This document shows, one piece after another, positions 18,637-27,552 of a stretch of DNA of 64,000 bases. Position 1 is the first letter of the stretch; each line of letters starts with the position of its first letter. A model generated the notes under the pieces. That model had not been told where the DNA came from. It made no database searches and saw nothing but the letters and a program-made list of their open reading frames with translations. The stretch is from Candidatus Amesbacteria bacterium. Lineage in GTDB: Bacteria; Patescibacteriota; Microgenomatia; CAZETR01; Amesbacteraceae. Location: the NCBI GenBank assembly GCA_027371535.1, contig DAHXMV010000001.1, positions 96,879 through 160,878 on the forward strand, given 5' to 3'. Position numbers and translations under genes: made by a program.

Positions 18637-20247
18637 CTAGGGGGATTTTTCAGCCAGGACAATAGCCGGAGTGTCATCGGGATATCTGGCGGCGACGAAG
18701 TAAGTGATTGACGCGGGAAAATCTTCCGGACGGCCGACATATAATGTGGGAACATATACGGGATCGGGATAAAATAAATTACCAAAGCGAAAATTACTGA
18801 GTTTATAACCATCATACTGATCCAGGAATTTGTAACCCTGGTTTTCAAAATCCGACCAGTCGGGAGTAGAAGCCTGAAAAAATCGGGGGTCAGTCCGGGT
18901 ATAAAATGCCAGGTAGATCTGGGGTTCGGAAAGGGATCTTGAAAAACGTATTTCCGGGTAGTCAGGAGCGGCCTTTAATATCCGGGGAAGTGCCTGCAAC
19001 CAGCCATAACCCATAGCCTTGGCAGAAACCAACGGCAGCTTTTGTGTATACGTAACCGTAAAAGCGCCGAAGGAAACCAACAGGGCAATTAAGAACAAAC
19101 CTGTCATCAGTCCTTTACGGCCGGCTAAAGAATCTAAATAAATTCCGCCGCCGACGGCGGATAATAACACCAGCGGGATAATCATGACTGCGGACCGATT
19201 GGCAGCAAAACCGGGTCCCTTGGTTAACGCAGCCGGGACAGGGCTTATAAAAAGCAGAAGGAGAATAAAGAAATATATTTTCCCGGGCTTCTGGATAAAC
19301 TTAACCAAAAAAATCATTAACAGAGGAAATTCAATTAAATAAATTACACCCAAACCCGGTAGCATGCCATAGGTGGCTTCTCCGGGACCGGAAAAAAACA
19401 GAAAATCCGGAGAAAAGTAAGTCAGATAATTTTTAATAAAAACCGGTAAGGCAAAGGTGAGTTTGTTGTAGAGTAACTGAGCCAGCGGCCCCGGCCAACC
19501 GGACTGAACTGCAACCCTGTGGTATAAAGACATCGACTGCCATTTGTCAGGGGGATTAAAAATGGAGATATCATATGATCTGGGATTTAAGAAGATTAAC
19601 GAATAAAAAGCTCCGCCGGAAAGAATTAAAAATATAACCCAAGTGAGAAATATTTTCATTTTCGGGATATAAATGACTGAAAGTCCCAACAATATCAAGG
19701 GTGTCAATAACCGGGCAGAATGATAGGAATACATGCCCAGGGCCAAAATTAAAGCCCCTAGGTAAGGTCTTTTATAAAAACACAGAGCCATCCCCAAAAG
19801 AACAAAAATCACCGCTAAATTTGCCTCAAAAGCCCCCCGCGAAAGAGATATATACCAGGGAGAAACAGTCAAAAGCAAAGCAGCTAATAATCCTGTAGTA
19901 TGACCGAGAATTTTGACTGTTAACAGATAGATGACCAGGATAGCCAAAAAGCTTAAAATGGAGTTTGGCAAGCGGGTGGAAAATTCATTCAAACCAAAAA
20001 ATCGGATTGCAGGCACGGTCAAAAAGCTATACAGAGGCAGTTTATAGTCGCCATATGATTTCAACCCGGTTACCGGCAATTTCCAAAAAGCAGTCCCCCA
20101 TTCATCCCTACCAGTCTTTAAAAGGTTATATGCATCATAACCGAAGGTGGCCTCGTCGGGGGTAAAACCAAGCGGAAATTTATCCAGCCATAAAAATCTG
20201 GTCAGACAAGCCAGAACTATGATCAATATAAAAATGAAACAGCGCAT
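18637..20247 (-). CDS. GT39/PMT-like GT-C glycosyltransferase (family A paralog 4)
   Basis: 536 aa. 'TPDEATFGYDAYNLLKTGRDEWG...YGDYKLPLYSFLTVP'. Confidence 0.7.
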   Translation of the reverse strand: MRCFIFILIIVLACLTRFLWLDKFPLGFTPDEATFGYDAYNLLKTGRDEWGTAFWKLPVTGLKSYGDYKLPLYSFLTVPAIRFFGLNEFSTRLPNSILSFLAILVIYLLTVKILGHTTGLLAALLLTVSPWYISLSRGAFEANLAVIFVLLGMALCFYKRPYLGALILALGMYSYHSARLLTPLILLGLSVIYIPKMKIFLTWVIFLILSGGAFYSLIFLNPRSYDISIFNPPDKWQSMSLYHRVAVQSGWPGPLAQLLYNKLTFALPVFIKNYLTYFSPDFLFFSGPGEATYGMLPGLGVIYLIEFPLLMIFLVKFIQKPGKIYFFILLLLFISPVPAALTKGPGFAANRSAVMIIPLVLLSAVGGGIYLDSLAGRKGLMTGLFLIALLVSFGAFTVTYTQKLPLVSAKAMGYGWLQALPRILKAAPDYPEIRFSRSLSEPQIYLAFYTRTDPRFFQASTPDWSDFENQGYKFLDQYDGYKLSNFRFGNLFYPDPVYVPTLYVGRPEDFPASITYFVAARYPDDTPAIVLAEKSP

Positions 20248-20825
20248 ACAATCAGCCCGGCACAGAATACGAACAGGATTAAAAAAGCGGCTAAAAATTT
20301 AAAATCCAACACTGATTTAACCAGACCATTTACTTCAGCCTGCAGAACCTGAATGCGCAGAGTGGGAAAATAATAGGTTTGATAAGAAATATTGCCTGAA
20401 GATACACCCACACCAATGGCTTCCCGGGTATCCGTCCCGGGGGATTCCAGCCTTATTTGAAAAGTCTGTCCGGCAGAATCGGTAATGGGTGAAAACTGAA
20501 ATCTGACTGAATCCCCGTCACCCACATTATAACCATTCAGGGATATCCGGCGGATAATTTTGCCGTTTTGCAGAAGATAAAAAAACAACGGTTTTTGATT
20601 TCTCAGCCCCACATTTTTTAAATAGATGGTGACTACATTCAGTCCGTCATGTCCGGGGTAGATATCCTGATCCACCGGGTGATTTTTTGAAATCCAGATA
20701 AATTCATCCGACCGGGGTTGTCCGGTATCCGGTAAACGCCTGATAAACAGAGACAGGCTGACGGCAAACAAAACAGGCAGTAAACAATAAACGAGAGCGA
20801 TAAGCCAATATTTATTCTGAAGCAT
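20223..20825 (-). CDS. Bitopic membrane protein: N-terminal and C-terminal TM helices flank an extracytoplasmic domain of about 140 aa. Unknown function.
   Basis: 200 aa. N-terminal 'YWLIALVYCLLPVLFAVSLSLFI' and C-terminal 'FLAAFLILFVFCAGLIVCAVSFLY' hydrophobic helices. Confidence 0.4.
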   Translation of the reverse strand: MLQNKYWLIALVYCLLPVLFAVSLSLFIRRLPDTGQPRSDEFIWISKNHPVDQDIYPGHDGLNVVTIYLKNVGLRNQKPLFFYLLQNGKIIRRISLNGYNVGDGDSVRFQFSPITDSAGQTFQIRLESPGTDTREAIGVGVSSGNISYQTYYFPTLRIQVLQAEVNGLVKSVLDFKFLAAFLILFVFCAGLIVCAVSFLY

Positions 20826-22062
20826 ATGATTTCCAAAGAAAATAAGTGAGCCAGATTCCGGATCCAGTCAGTATTGCCTGAAACAAACCCTGAAGCAGCC
20901 AGGGGTCAATAAATAATTTGATCATTTCCGAAAGAGCGGGAAACATTACCGACTGGGAATTTAAAGGACTGAATAATCCCAGGAAAACATACTGGTCCGG
21001 CGTTAACCAACTGACGGCAAAATAGCTTAATAAACAAATATATATCAACCACCTTCGGGAAGACGGCAGACGGGTCCATAACAGGGCTATAAAAGGCATG
21101 CTCCAGACAATCCACTGGGCATGAAACGGAGATAATAGAATAACGTAAAAAGTCGTGACCAAAAACTCCGGAGTGACGTCTGATCTTTGACGACTAAACC
21201 AGGAATAAACAAGCATCAGAGCGTAAACCAATACGTAATAAGGGATCCTCTGAGTCGGGCTGACTTCCAGACCGGAAATAAATATACCCTGCATTAAATT
21301 TGAATGCGTCATTGTATAGCGATAATCGTTGGAATTCAAAACCGGTAACATAGGGAAAATAAAAGCCGTTATAAAAGCCATAGCCGAGATAATAAATTGT
21401 TTGAGATTCCGGGATCTGAATAACAGAAATGGCATCAGTAATAATGGGTATGTTTTCAGGGCAGCCCCCAAGCCTAAAAGCAGTGCGGCACAGGAATTTT
21501 TACGGTCTTTAATTAAATAAAGCGCAGCCACCGTCAGGAAGGCGCAGACGATATCAAACTGGCTTAGCATATAGACGGCATAGAGGGTAACAGGATTGTA
21601 AAACCAAAAAATTATCAAAAGGCGCCGGTGTTTCTTTTCCGTGATAAATTTGGCGAGCAACAAACCGCATGCCAAATCAAATAACAGATAAGGTAACTTG
21701 AGTACCAGCATTATTTCAAACATTCGGGAATTAAAATAACCAAGCGGACCCCAGTCGTTCAACCATGAACCCAGGGTTTGGGGGCCGATTATCCAACCGG
21801 CTATTTTGTCCCAGCTGCCTAAAAAGTAGTACGCCAAAGGCGGATAGTTGAAGCTGTCGGTGTACGGCAGACGGGCTTTATTTTGCCCTATAAACGAATA
21901 AATATCGGCAATCCCCCGGCTCAAAAACTGGGCGTGGAAATGCTGGCTTTTAATATCGGGGTGAAAAAAGAAAGCGGCAAAAATCAGACGGATAATTAAA
22001 GCCGGAATCAGAATATTTAACCAGGGTGAATCAATTCTGACTTTCATTGAAATAGACAGCAA
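20812..22062 (-). CDS. GT87/DUF2029-like polytopic membrane glycosyltransferase candidate (family C)
   Basis: 416 aa. After TM1: 'HPDIKSQHFHAQFLSRGIADIYSF...NYPPLAYYFLG'. This is the D...F.A...G...Y plus YPPL pattern shared by four paralogs in the window. Confidence 0.45.
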   Translation of the reverse strand: MLSISMKVRIDSPWLNILIPALIIRLIFAAFFFHPDIKSQHFHAQFLSRGIADIYSFIGQNKARLPYTDSFNYPPLAYYFLGSWDKIAGWIIGPQTLGSWLNDWGPLGYFNSRMFEIMLVLKLPYLLFDLACGLLLAKFITEKKHRRLLIIFWFYNPVTLYAVYMLSQFDIVCAFLTVAALYLIKDRKNSCAALLLGLGAALKTYPLLLMPFLLFRSRNLKQFIISAMAFITAFIFPMLPVLNSNDYRYTMTHSNLMQGIFISGLEVSPTQRIPYYVLVYALMLVYSWFSRQRSDVTPEFLVTTFYVILLSPFHAQWIVWSMPFIALLWTRLPSSRRWLIYICLLSYFAVSWLTPDQYVFLGLFSPLNSQSVMFPALSEMIKLFIDPWLLQGLFQAILTGSGIWLTYFLWKSYASE

Positions 22063-23314
22063 TCCAGGAATACCAGGAAATAAATAAGATAATGACTGCG
22101 CTCACAATTGTAACCCAGGCGGAGACCAGAGGAACCAACACCGGAATATCCGGAAACCACCACTGATGGTACATATTAATCAGGTGGGCGAGCGAGACCA
22201 GAAAATAAATCGGCCAAAGTTGCCGGTTTTTAGAAGCCGAGATGGCCATAAAAGGCAAAACAGGTGCCAGATATCGCTCATGCATCCGGGTCAGAAACAT
22301 GAATGAGGTGAAAGCCAGGAGGCCAAACAAATTAATCAGAGCGGTATTTTTGCGGGAGACCAAAAATCGGGAAAAAAGGATGGCCGTCAGACATATAAAT
22401 ATCAATTGCCCGAACAAACTGGCGGAAATACCGCGGATAATTTCGACCGAATCAGAAATTTTTGCCAAATGGCTGAACAAAGCCCAAAGATTAAAAGCGT
22501 GATCGGAAATATAATCGGAACCGGAGCCGGTCTGGAAACGATTAATGTAGACAGAGACAGGATAAAAAAGGTTATCCGTATGCCAATTAATAAAAGGCAG
22601 GTAAGCCGCATAAAAAAGCAGACACTGGAGGACCAGACCCAGCAGGGTTTTCCGCCAGCCGACTTTTTTTATACTGAATACGGCAAAAACGGGAAAAAAT
22701 AAGAGCGAGGATTGCTTAAACAACAAAGCAGCCATAAATGAAGCGTGGGCAGACAGATATTTATTATGCAATAACAGCCAGACAGCCAGTAAAACAAAGA
22801 ATACAGGTACGGATTCCAGCTGTCCCCAGAGGGTGCTGTTATAAAACACTGAAGGATTGAATAAATACAGACACATGGCTCCAAAAGCTGCCGGTGACTT
22901 AACATTAAAAATGGTTTTAGCCAGCAGATAAATCAAAATACCGATACCAATATCGGAAAAAATGGAAACAATTTTGTGAAAAGCGGGTAAAACATTCTGA
23001 TTTTCAAAAAAGAAAACCAAAAATGACGGAGACAAGTGGATATTAACCCGAAAATGAACGAAGCGGACAAGAGAATTCAAATTATTAAACAACCAATGGG
23101 AGGTCACAAAAGAATAAAGCGCCAGGGGCGGATAAGTTGGCTGCATCACATGGCTATATGACCGGTCGTAAGCACCGGAAAAACCGGATTCCAAAATACC
23201 CGCCGACCAGGCGATATGATTGTTTACGTCCCCGCTGTAAATTGATGTGGACAAGTATATCCGTAATCCCAAGGCCAAAATTACTGCCAGAAGAATATTC
23301 ACGGGGTGTTTCAT
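22031..23314 (-). CDS. GT87/DUF2029-like polytopic membrane protein (family C)
   Basis: 'SGDVNNHIAWSAGILESGF...PTYPPLALYSF'. Start at 'MKHPVNILLAVILALGL' (rc ATG at 23312-23314) gives a 4-nt overlap with the upstream gene. The ORF-track start at 23410 would overlap by 100 nt. Confidence 0.45.
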   Translation of the reverse strand: MKHPVNILLAVILALGLRIYLSTSIYSGDVNNHIAWSAGILESGFSGAYDRSYSHVMQPTYPPLALYSFVTSHWLFNNLNSLVRFVHFRVNIHLSPSFLVFFFENQNVLPAFHKIVSIFSDIGIGILIYLLAKTIFNVKSPAAFGAMCLYLFNPSVFYNSTLWGQLESVPVFFVLLAVWLLLHNKYLSAHASFMAALLFKQSSLLFFPVFAVFSIKKVGWRKTLLGLVLQCLLFYAAYLPFINWHTDNLFYPVSVYINRFQTGSGSDYISDHAFNLWALFSHLAKISDSVEIIRGISASLFGQLIFICLTAILFSRFLVSRKNTALINLFGLLAFTSFMFLTRMHERYLAPVLPFMAISASKNRQLWPIYFLVSLAHLINMYHQWWFPDIPVLVPLVSAWVTIVSAVIILFISWYSWIAVYFNESQN

Positions 23315-24924
23315 GATTTGGTCACCAGGTAAAATATCGGCTGATTCAGAGGGTTGGTACTGGTAAATAAAACTTTTACACCGCCCGGGGGATTTTTTCT
23401 CCAATCCCAATCACCGGCAACGTTATCCCGCTGACTGACCACATACAGGTCTCCGGGAATCAGGACATCGGGAATGGATTTACCGGGAGGTAAGGAAAAA
23501 TTTCCGAAATAATATTTCGGGGCCAGGAAAAAGCCATAATAATCGGGGGCGATTCCGCTTTTGGGCTGATCCAAAGTGAAATTCCGCTGAAACTCCGCCG
23601 GCGGATAACGGGAATAGAACAGGAAACGGATCAGGGAAGGTTCGTAGGTGTTATTGATAAACACCCGGGGATATAAAGGAGCCAGTCGGGCGACCTGGGT
23701 CATGGCGGTTTTAAAGCCGACATGCCACCAAATCCAGGTTCTTTGTGAATAATGGTTAAGATAATAGTTTGCCGCCTGGACAAATTGATAAGAAATAACA
23801 AGCCAGATTATCAGGTAGACGAATATTTTTACCGGACGGCGGAAAAAATTGACGGAAGTTATTATACCTGTACCGACAGCTACCGAAAGCGGAGGGATCA
23901 TCATAAATAGTCGGGTAGCATGATAAGCTCCGTCATAAGTCAAAGCTGCCGGGACAGGGGCCAAAAGCAACCAGGACAGCCAGAGATATTGCCGTCTTTT
24001 AATCATAAACACCAGGCCGAGGATGAGAAAGGGTGCCCAAACCGGCAATAACTCACCGATATACTGGAGACTTTGCCGGGCTGTGGGGTCTCCCCGGATA
24101 AACAGGAATTCGGGGGAAAAAGCCGACAGATAATTCGTGTAAATTTTCTGGGCGATGACGACGGGTTTATTGGAAAACCATCTTTCCCAGAAACCGGGGT
24201 TTTCCCGGCGGAAATTGAATATCTCATCGGTAATTTCCCGGTTATTAAACAAGCCCACCTTACCAAACCGCTCGGCGGCATGGCCTGAAAACAGGGAAAT
24301 TACAAAAGGCAGTATCAACACAACCGGCAACAGACTGACCAATTTAATTTTAGGTTTGTAAAAAACGCCCAGACAAACAAGCCATAACGGGGTAAAGACG
24401 GTGGCGGTGCTGTAGATATACGGCGTCAGAATGAAAAACAGACCCGCCATAAAATACTGCCGCCTGATAAATAACAGGGTACCCAAAAGTTCAAAATCCA
24501 AAAGCAGAACGGCTTCGAATGCCGCCCGGGAATAGAGAATATGCCAGGGCATTAAAGATAAAGCCAGGGATGAGATCAGGGACAGAGAACGTTTATGGGA
24601 AAGCTGATACACAAGCAAAAATAAGATGACAGGCGACAGAGTTCCCAGGACGACCTCAGGACCCCGGACGCCCCATTCGGTATTATTAAAAATAAAAATT
24701 GCGGGGACGGTGTAATACATCAGCAAAGGAGTCCGCCATTCTGACAGGGAATGGATATAGGTGGGAAATAACTGACCGTATAAATCCCTGCCGGTATGCA
24801 GGAGGGAATAAGCCTGATAACCGACATCAACTTCGTCCCCGAACAGTTCGGGCGGTAAAGATGAGACTGCATATCCCCGTATGAGGCCTGAAAACAGAAG
24901 CAGTAAACTTAAAATCAAACCCAT
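23311..24924 (-). CDS. GT39/PMT-like GT-C glycosyltransferase (family A paralog 5)
   Basis: 'FGDEVDVGYQAYSLLHTGRDLYGQLFPT'. Start chosen at 'MGLILSLLLLFSGLIRG', where TM1 begins as in the paralogs. Alternative upstream ATGs lie at 24975 and 24960. Confidence 0.65.
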   Translation of the reverse strand: MGLILSLLLLFSGLIRGYAVSSLPPELFGDEVDVGYQAYSLLHTGRDLYGQLFPTYIHSLSEWRTPLLMYYTVPAIFIFNNTEWGVRGPEVVLGTLSPVILFLLVYQLSHKRSLSLISSLALSLMPWHILYSRAAFEAVLLLDFELLGTLLFIRRQYFMAGLFFILTPYIYSTATVFTPLWLVCLGVFYKPKIKLVSLLPVVLILPFVISLFSGHAAERFGKVGLFNNREITDEIFNFRRENPGFWERWFSNKPVVIAQKIYTNYLSAFSPEFLFIRGDPTARQSLQYIGELLPVWAPFLILGLVFMIKRRQYLWLSWLLLAPVPAALTYDGAYHATRLFMMIPPLSVAVGTGIITSVNFFRRPVKIFVYLIIWLVISYQFVQAANYYLNHYSQRTWIWWHVGFKTAMTQVARLAPLYPRVFINNTYEPSLIRFLFYSRYPPAEFQRNFTLDQPKSGIAPDYYGFFLAPKYYFGNFSLPPGKSIPDVLIPGDLYVVSQRDNVAGDWDWRKNPPGGVKVLFTSTNPLNQPIFYLVTKS

Positions 24925-25819
24925 TTCTGATATTATAACTGTAGTGGTATCAGTAATCATTATTTCCTTTAACACAAAGGAAATTACCCTAAAATGCCTG
25001 GATCATCTGCTGGCATCGGAAGGAGCGGATCTGGAAGTCATTGTGGTGGATAACAGTTCATTTGACGGATCGGCCGAAGCAATTGCCGAAAAATATCCGC
25101 AAATAAAGCTGGTCGTTAATAAAAAGAATACCGGTTTTGCCAGGGCAAATAATCAGGGCATGGGACTGGCTAACGGGGAATATTTGCTTTTGTTAAACAG
25201 CGACTGTTTTGTGGATAAGGATACAATTAAAAAGATTCTGGCCTCCGATTACGTGCTGAATAACAGCGACGTCATAGGGATCAAATTATTAAATACCGAC
25301 GGCAGTATTCAACATACATTCGGCTATTTTCCCACATTATTCAGGGTCATCGCTCTCATGTTGTTCATAGATAACCTGCCGATAGCCAGAAATTTTTTTA
25401 AATCCATTCATGTCAGGGATAATAACCGGTATTTGACCACCCATGAAGCAGACTGGGTAATGGGAGCTTTTGTATTTTTAAAACGCCGCGTCTGGGAAAA
25501 TACGCGGGGTCTGGATGAAAAATATTTTATGTATGGGGAAGAAATGGAATGGATGTACAGGATAAAAGCCGGAGGGATGACCATTAGGTATTTCCCGGGC
25601 TCAAAAGCATATCACATCGGAGGAGCAAGTTCGCCGAACAAAGCCCCGGCAATTATCGGCGAAATGGTCGGCTGGAAGTACTGGTTTGGCAAATACTACC
25701 CCCCCTGGCAGCAAAAAATACTGCCTTTTTTTATTATCTTCGGCTGCATGCTGAGGATGGTGTTTAAGCCAAAACTGGGCAGGTTTTATCGGGAAGCTAT
25801 AGGAAAAATTCGCAGTTAG
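24881..25819 (+). CDS. GT2 family glycosyltransferase (rhamnosyltransferase-like)
   Basis: 'VVVSVIIISFNTKEITLKCLDHLLAS...EVIVVDNSSFDGS...LNSDCFV'. The 5' end is ambiguous: ATG 24881 overlaps the divergent minus-strand gene, and an in-frame GTG at 24944 is a possible alternative start. Confidence 0.7.
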   Translation: MRPENRSSKLKIKPISDIITVVVSVIIISFNTKEITLKCLDHLLASEGADLEVIVVDNSSFDGSAEAIAEKYPQIKLVVNKKNTGFARANNQGMGLANGEYLLLLNSDCFVDKDTIKKILASDYVLNNSDVIGIKLLNTDGSIQHTFGYFPTLFRVIALMLFIDNLPIARNFFKSIHVRDNNRYLTTHEADWVMGAFVFLKRRVWENTRGLDEKYFMYGEEMEWMYRIKAGGMTIRYFPGSKAYHIGGASSPNKAPAIIGEMVGWKYWFGKYYPPWQQKILPFFIIFGCMLRMVFKPKLGRFYREAIGKIRS

Positions 25820-26958
25820 GGTGAAACCGTTGGAGTAGCTGACGGACTGGCAACGGGAGCCGGTGTGGAGGTGAGAAATGTTTCAGGTACTGCCGACGGA
25901 GTGGCTAGCGGATGGTTGACAAACAAACCCGAGGCATTACCCGGGATCAGTAAAATACGCCTGGCTAATACAGAATCCGGACCGGTAGTATCGCCGACAG
26001 CGATTAACCGGCTCCCGACTGTAATCTCTGCCAGGCTGATAGCGGTATTTTTGAAGGTAAATATGGTATGGGTATCGGTAAGCACTGTGAATTGGCGCCC
26101 GGCCCGAGTCGGATGAGTCAGAGTGACAGTCAAACCATTCACCGCCGTAACCACACCCTGTACGGCCCGTCTTTTGGACATCAACAGCCGGGCTGAATCG
26201 GTAGCACTGGCAAAAAATACTTTTAATGCAGCACTGTCAGAGGCTATAATAATCGCCTCGTGTTCAGCTTTAATCAGACTGCTTTTGATCGGTTTGTTCT
26301 TTTCGTCGACAAAAATTGTCCGTTTATCCACTTTGAGATTTTTCATTTGCTGACCCGGGTTTTCCCTGACCTGGATGTTATCAGAGCTGAATGAAGAAAT
26401 TTCACCTCCGATTACAGGATTGGTATGCCGGAATTTAGAAGTATCGGTTGTGGCACCCAAAACCTGTGAATTATAGGCAATAACCCGGGTAAGGGTGGTT
26501 TCCCGGCCATCGGAACCCATGGCAGTTACTATCAAAGTATTCAACCCCCCCGTCAGGGTCAGGGCAGCGGTAAATTTACCTGCAGAATCACTTATGACTG
26601 CGGCATCAGAAGTGTCGGTATACATCGCCACAGGCGTATCGGGGGCAGTATTACCGGTGACTACCAGCTGACCGGAGTCGACCACTGACATGTCCTGCGG
26701 ACCGGCAATGTCCAGAAACAGTTGGGGAGAAACCGGGGCAGGGGAAGGTTTGGGTAATTGGATCACTGCCGTCGGTGACAAGGCGGGGGTTTTGACGGAA
26801 AAATACATATAGGAAATACCAGCTGCACAGATTAAACAGAACATTGCCAGCGACAGAAAAAATTGCAATGGCGTCAGTGTTTTTTTTAAACCGGAAGGAG
26901 GGGCAGTTGCTACAGCGGAAGACGGAACCGAAGCCACCGGCGGGTCAGGTTTCTCCAT
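25816..26958 (-). CDS. Membrane-anchored Pro/Ser/Thr/Ala-rich surface protein, a candidate glycoprotein
   Basis: 380 aa. N-terminal low-complexity 'PPVASVPSSAVATAPPSG', then TM 'FFLSLAMFCLICAAGISYMYF', 'PKPSPAPVSPQ', a beta-rich T/S/G-rich body, and C-terminal 'TSTPAPVASPSATPTVSP'. Confidence 0.5.
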   Translation of the reverse strand: MEKPDPPVASVPSSAVATAPPSGLKKTLTPLQFFLSLAMFCLICAAGISYMYFSVKTPALSPTAVIQLPKPSPAPVSPQLFLDIAGPQDMSVVDSGQLVVTGNTAPDTPVAMYTDTSDAAVISDSAGKFTAALTLTGGLNTLIVTAMGSDGRETTLTRVIAYNSQVLGATTDTSKFRHTNPVIGGEISSFSSDNIQVRENPGQQMKNLKVDKRTIFVDEKNKPIKSSLIKAEHEAIIIASDSAALKVFFASATDSARLLMSKRRAVQGVVTAVNGLTVTLTHPTRAGRQFTVLTDTHTIFTFKNTAISLAEITVGSRLIAVGDTTGPDSVLARRILLIPGNASGLFVNHPLATPSAVPETFLTSTPAPVASPSATPTVSP

Positions 26959-27040
26959 GTCTACACGTTACAAAAACAAAAAGGGATTGTCAACCTTAAT
27001 CTTCCTTATGTAAAAAATCCTATAGATTTGTACGGTAGGC

Positions 27041-27046
27041 TATAAT
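27041..27046 (+). promoter_or_regulatory. Candidate -10 element (TATAAT) 11 nt upstream of the ATG at 27058. It would imply a near-leaderless transcript.
   Basis: 'ggcTATAATataaaaaattcATG', with AT-rich sequence upstream. No convincing -35 element. Confidence 0.2.
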
Positions 27047-27057
27047 ATAAAAAATTC

Positions 27058-27504
27058 ATGGCAGATTACGAACGATTCCGAAACCCATTCTCTCCAAACA
27101 AACGAAAGGAGGACGTCAAAGAGGTTTGTGTACGTTTTAGTGAGAGTATAACCAAATTTAAAAATCATTTGGCAAACAGACAAGTGGTAAAAACGGAAAT
27201 AAAAGATAAAAACTGCTCTTTAGTATCTGCGTCCATTGAAGGTATGGACGCACGGGTTGAGGGGCAGGAAATCTGGCACTTTCCCGATGTGACAAGGGTG
27301 ATTACCCGTTTGGCTAATAATCACATTACCCTGAGAAAACAATTGGCTGAATTGGAAATTGATAAAGTCAGGGAGATTGTCGGGGATAAGGGGGACGATG
27401 ATGCCCTGGCAGCGGACACCAGAATGCTGGCAGAAGATTTATGGAAAATCTGTTATTACCAGAATAAATTGGCAATAAAAGAGCGAGGAGTGAATCTAAA
27501 ATAG
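27058..27504 (+). CDS. Hypothetical soluble protein of 148 aa. It is charged and probably cytoplasmic.
   Basis: No TM segments and no recognisable motif. It lies alone on the plus strand between two minus-strand operons. Confidence 0.45.
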   Translation: MADYERFRNPFSPNKRKEDVKEVCVRFSESITKFKNHLANRQVVKTEIKDKNCSLVSASIEGMDARVEGQEIWHFPDVTRVITRLANNHITLRKQLAELEIDKVREIVGDKGDDDALAADTRMLAEDLWKICYYQNKLAIKERGVNLK

Positions 27505-27552
27505 CTGGCCGTGGGGGGATATAAGAAACGGAACTGACAAGAAACCCAAACC

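Noticed and set aside
27505-27552. Looked for a bidirectional rho-independent terminator between the convergent genes 27058-27504 and 27553-28056
   Set aside because: No GC-rich stem followed by a T-tract is present in the 48-nt spacer.
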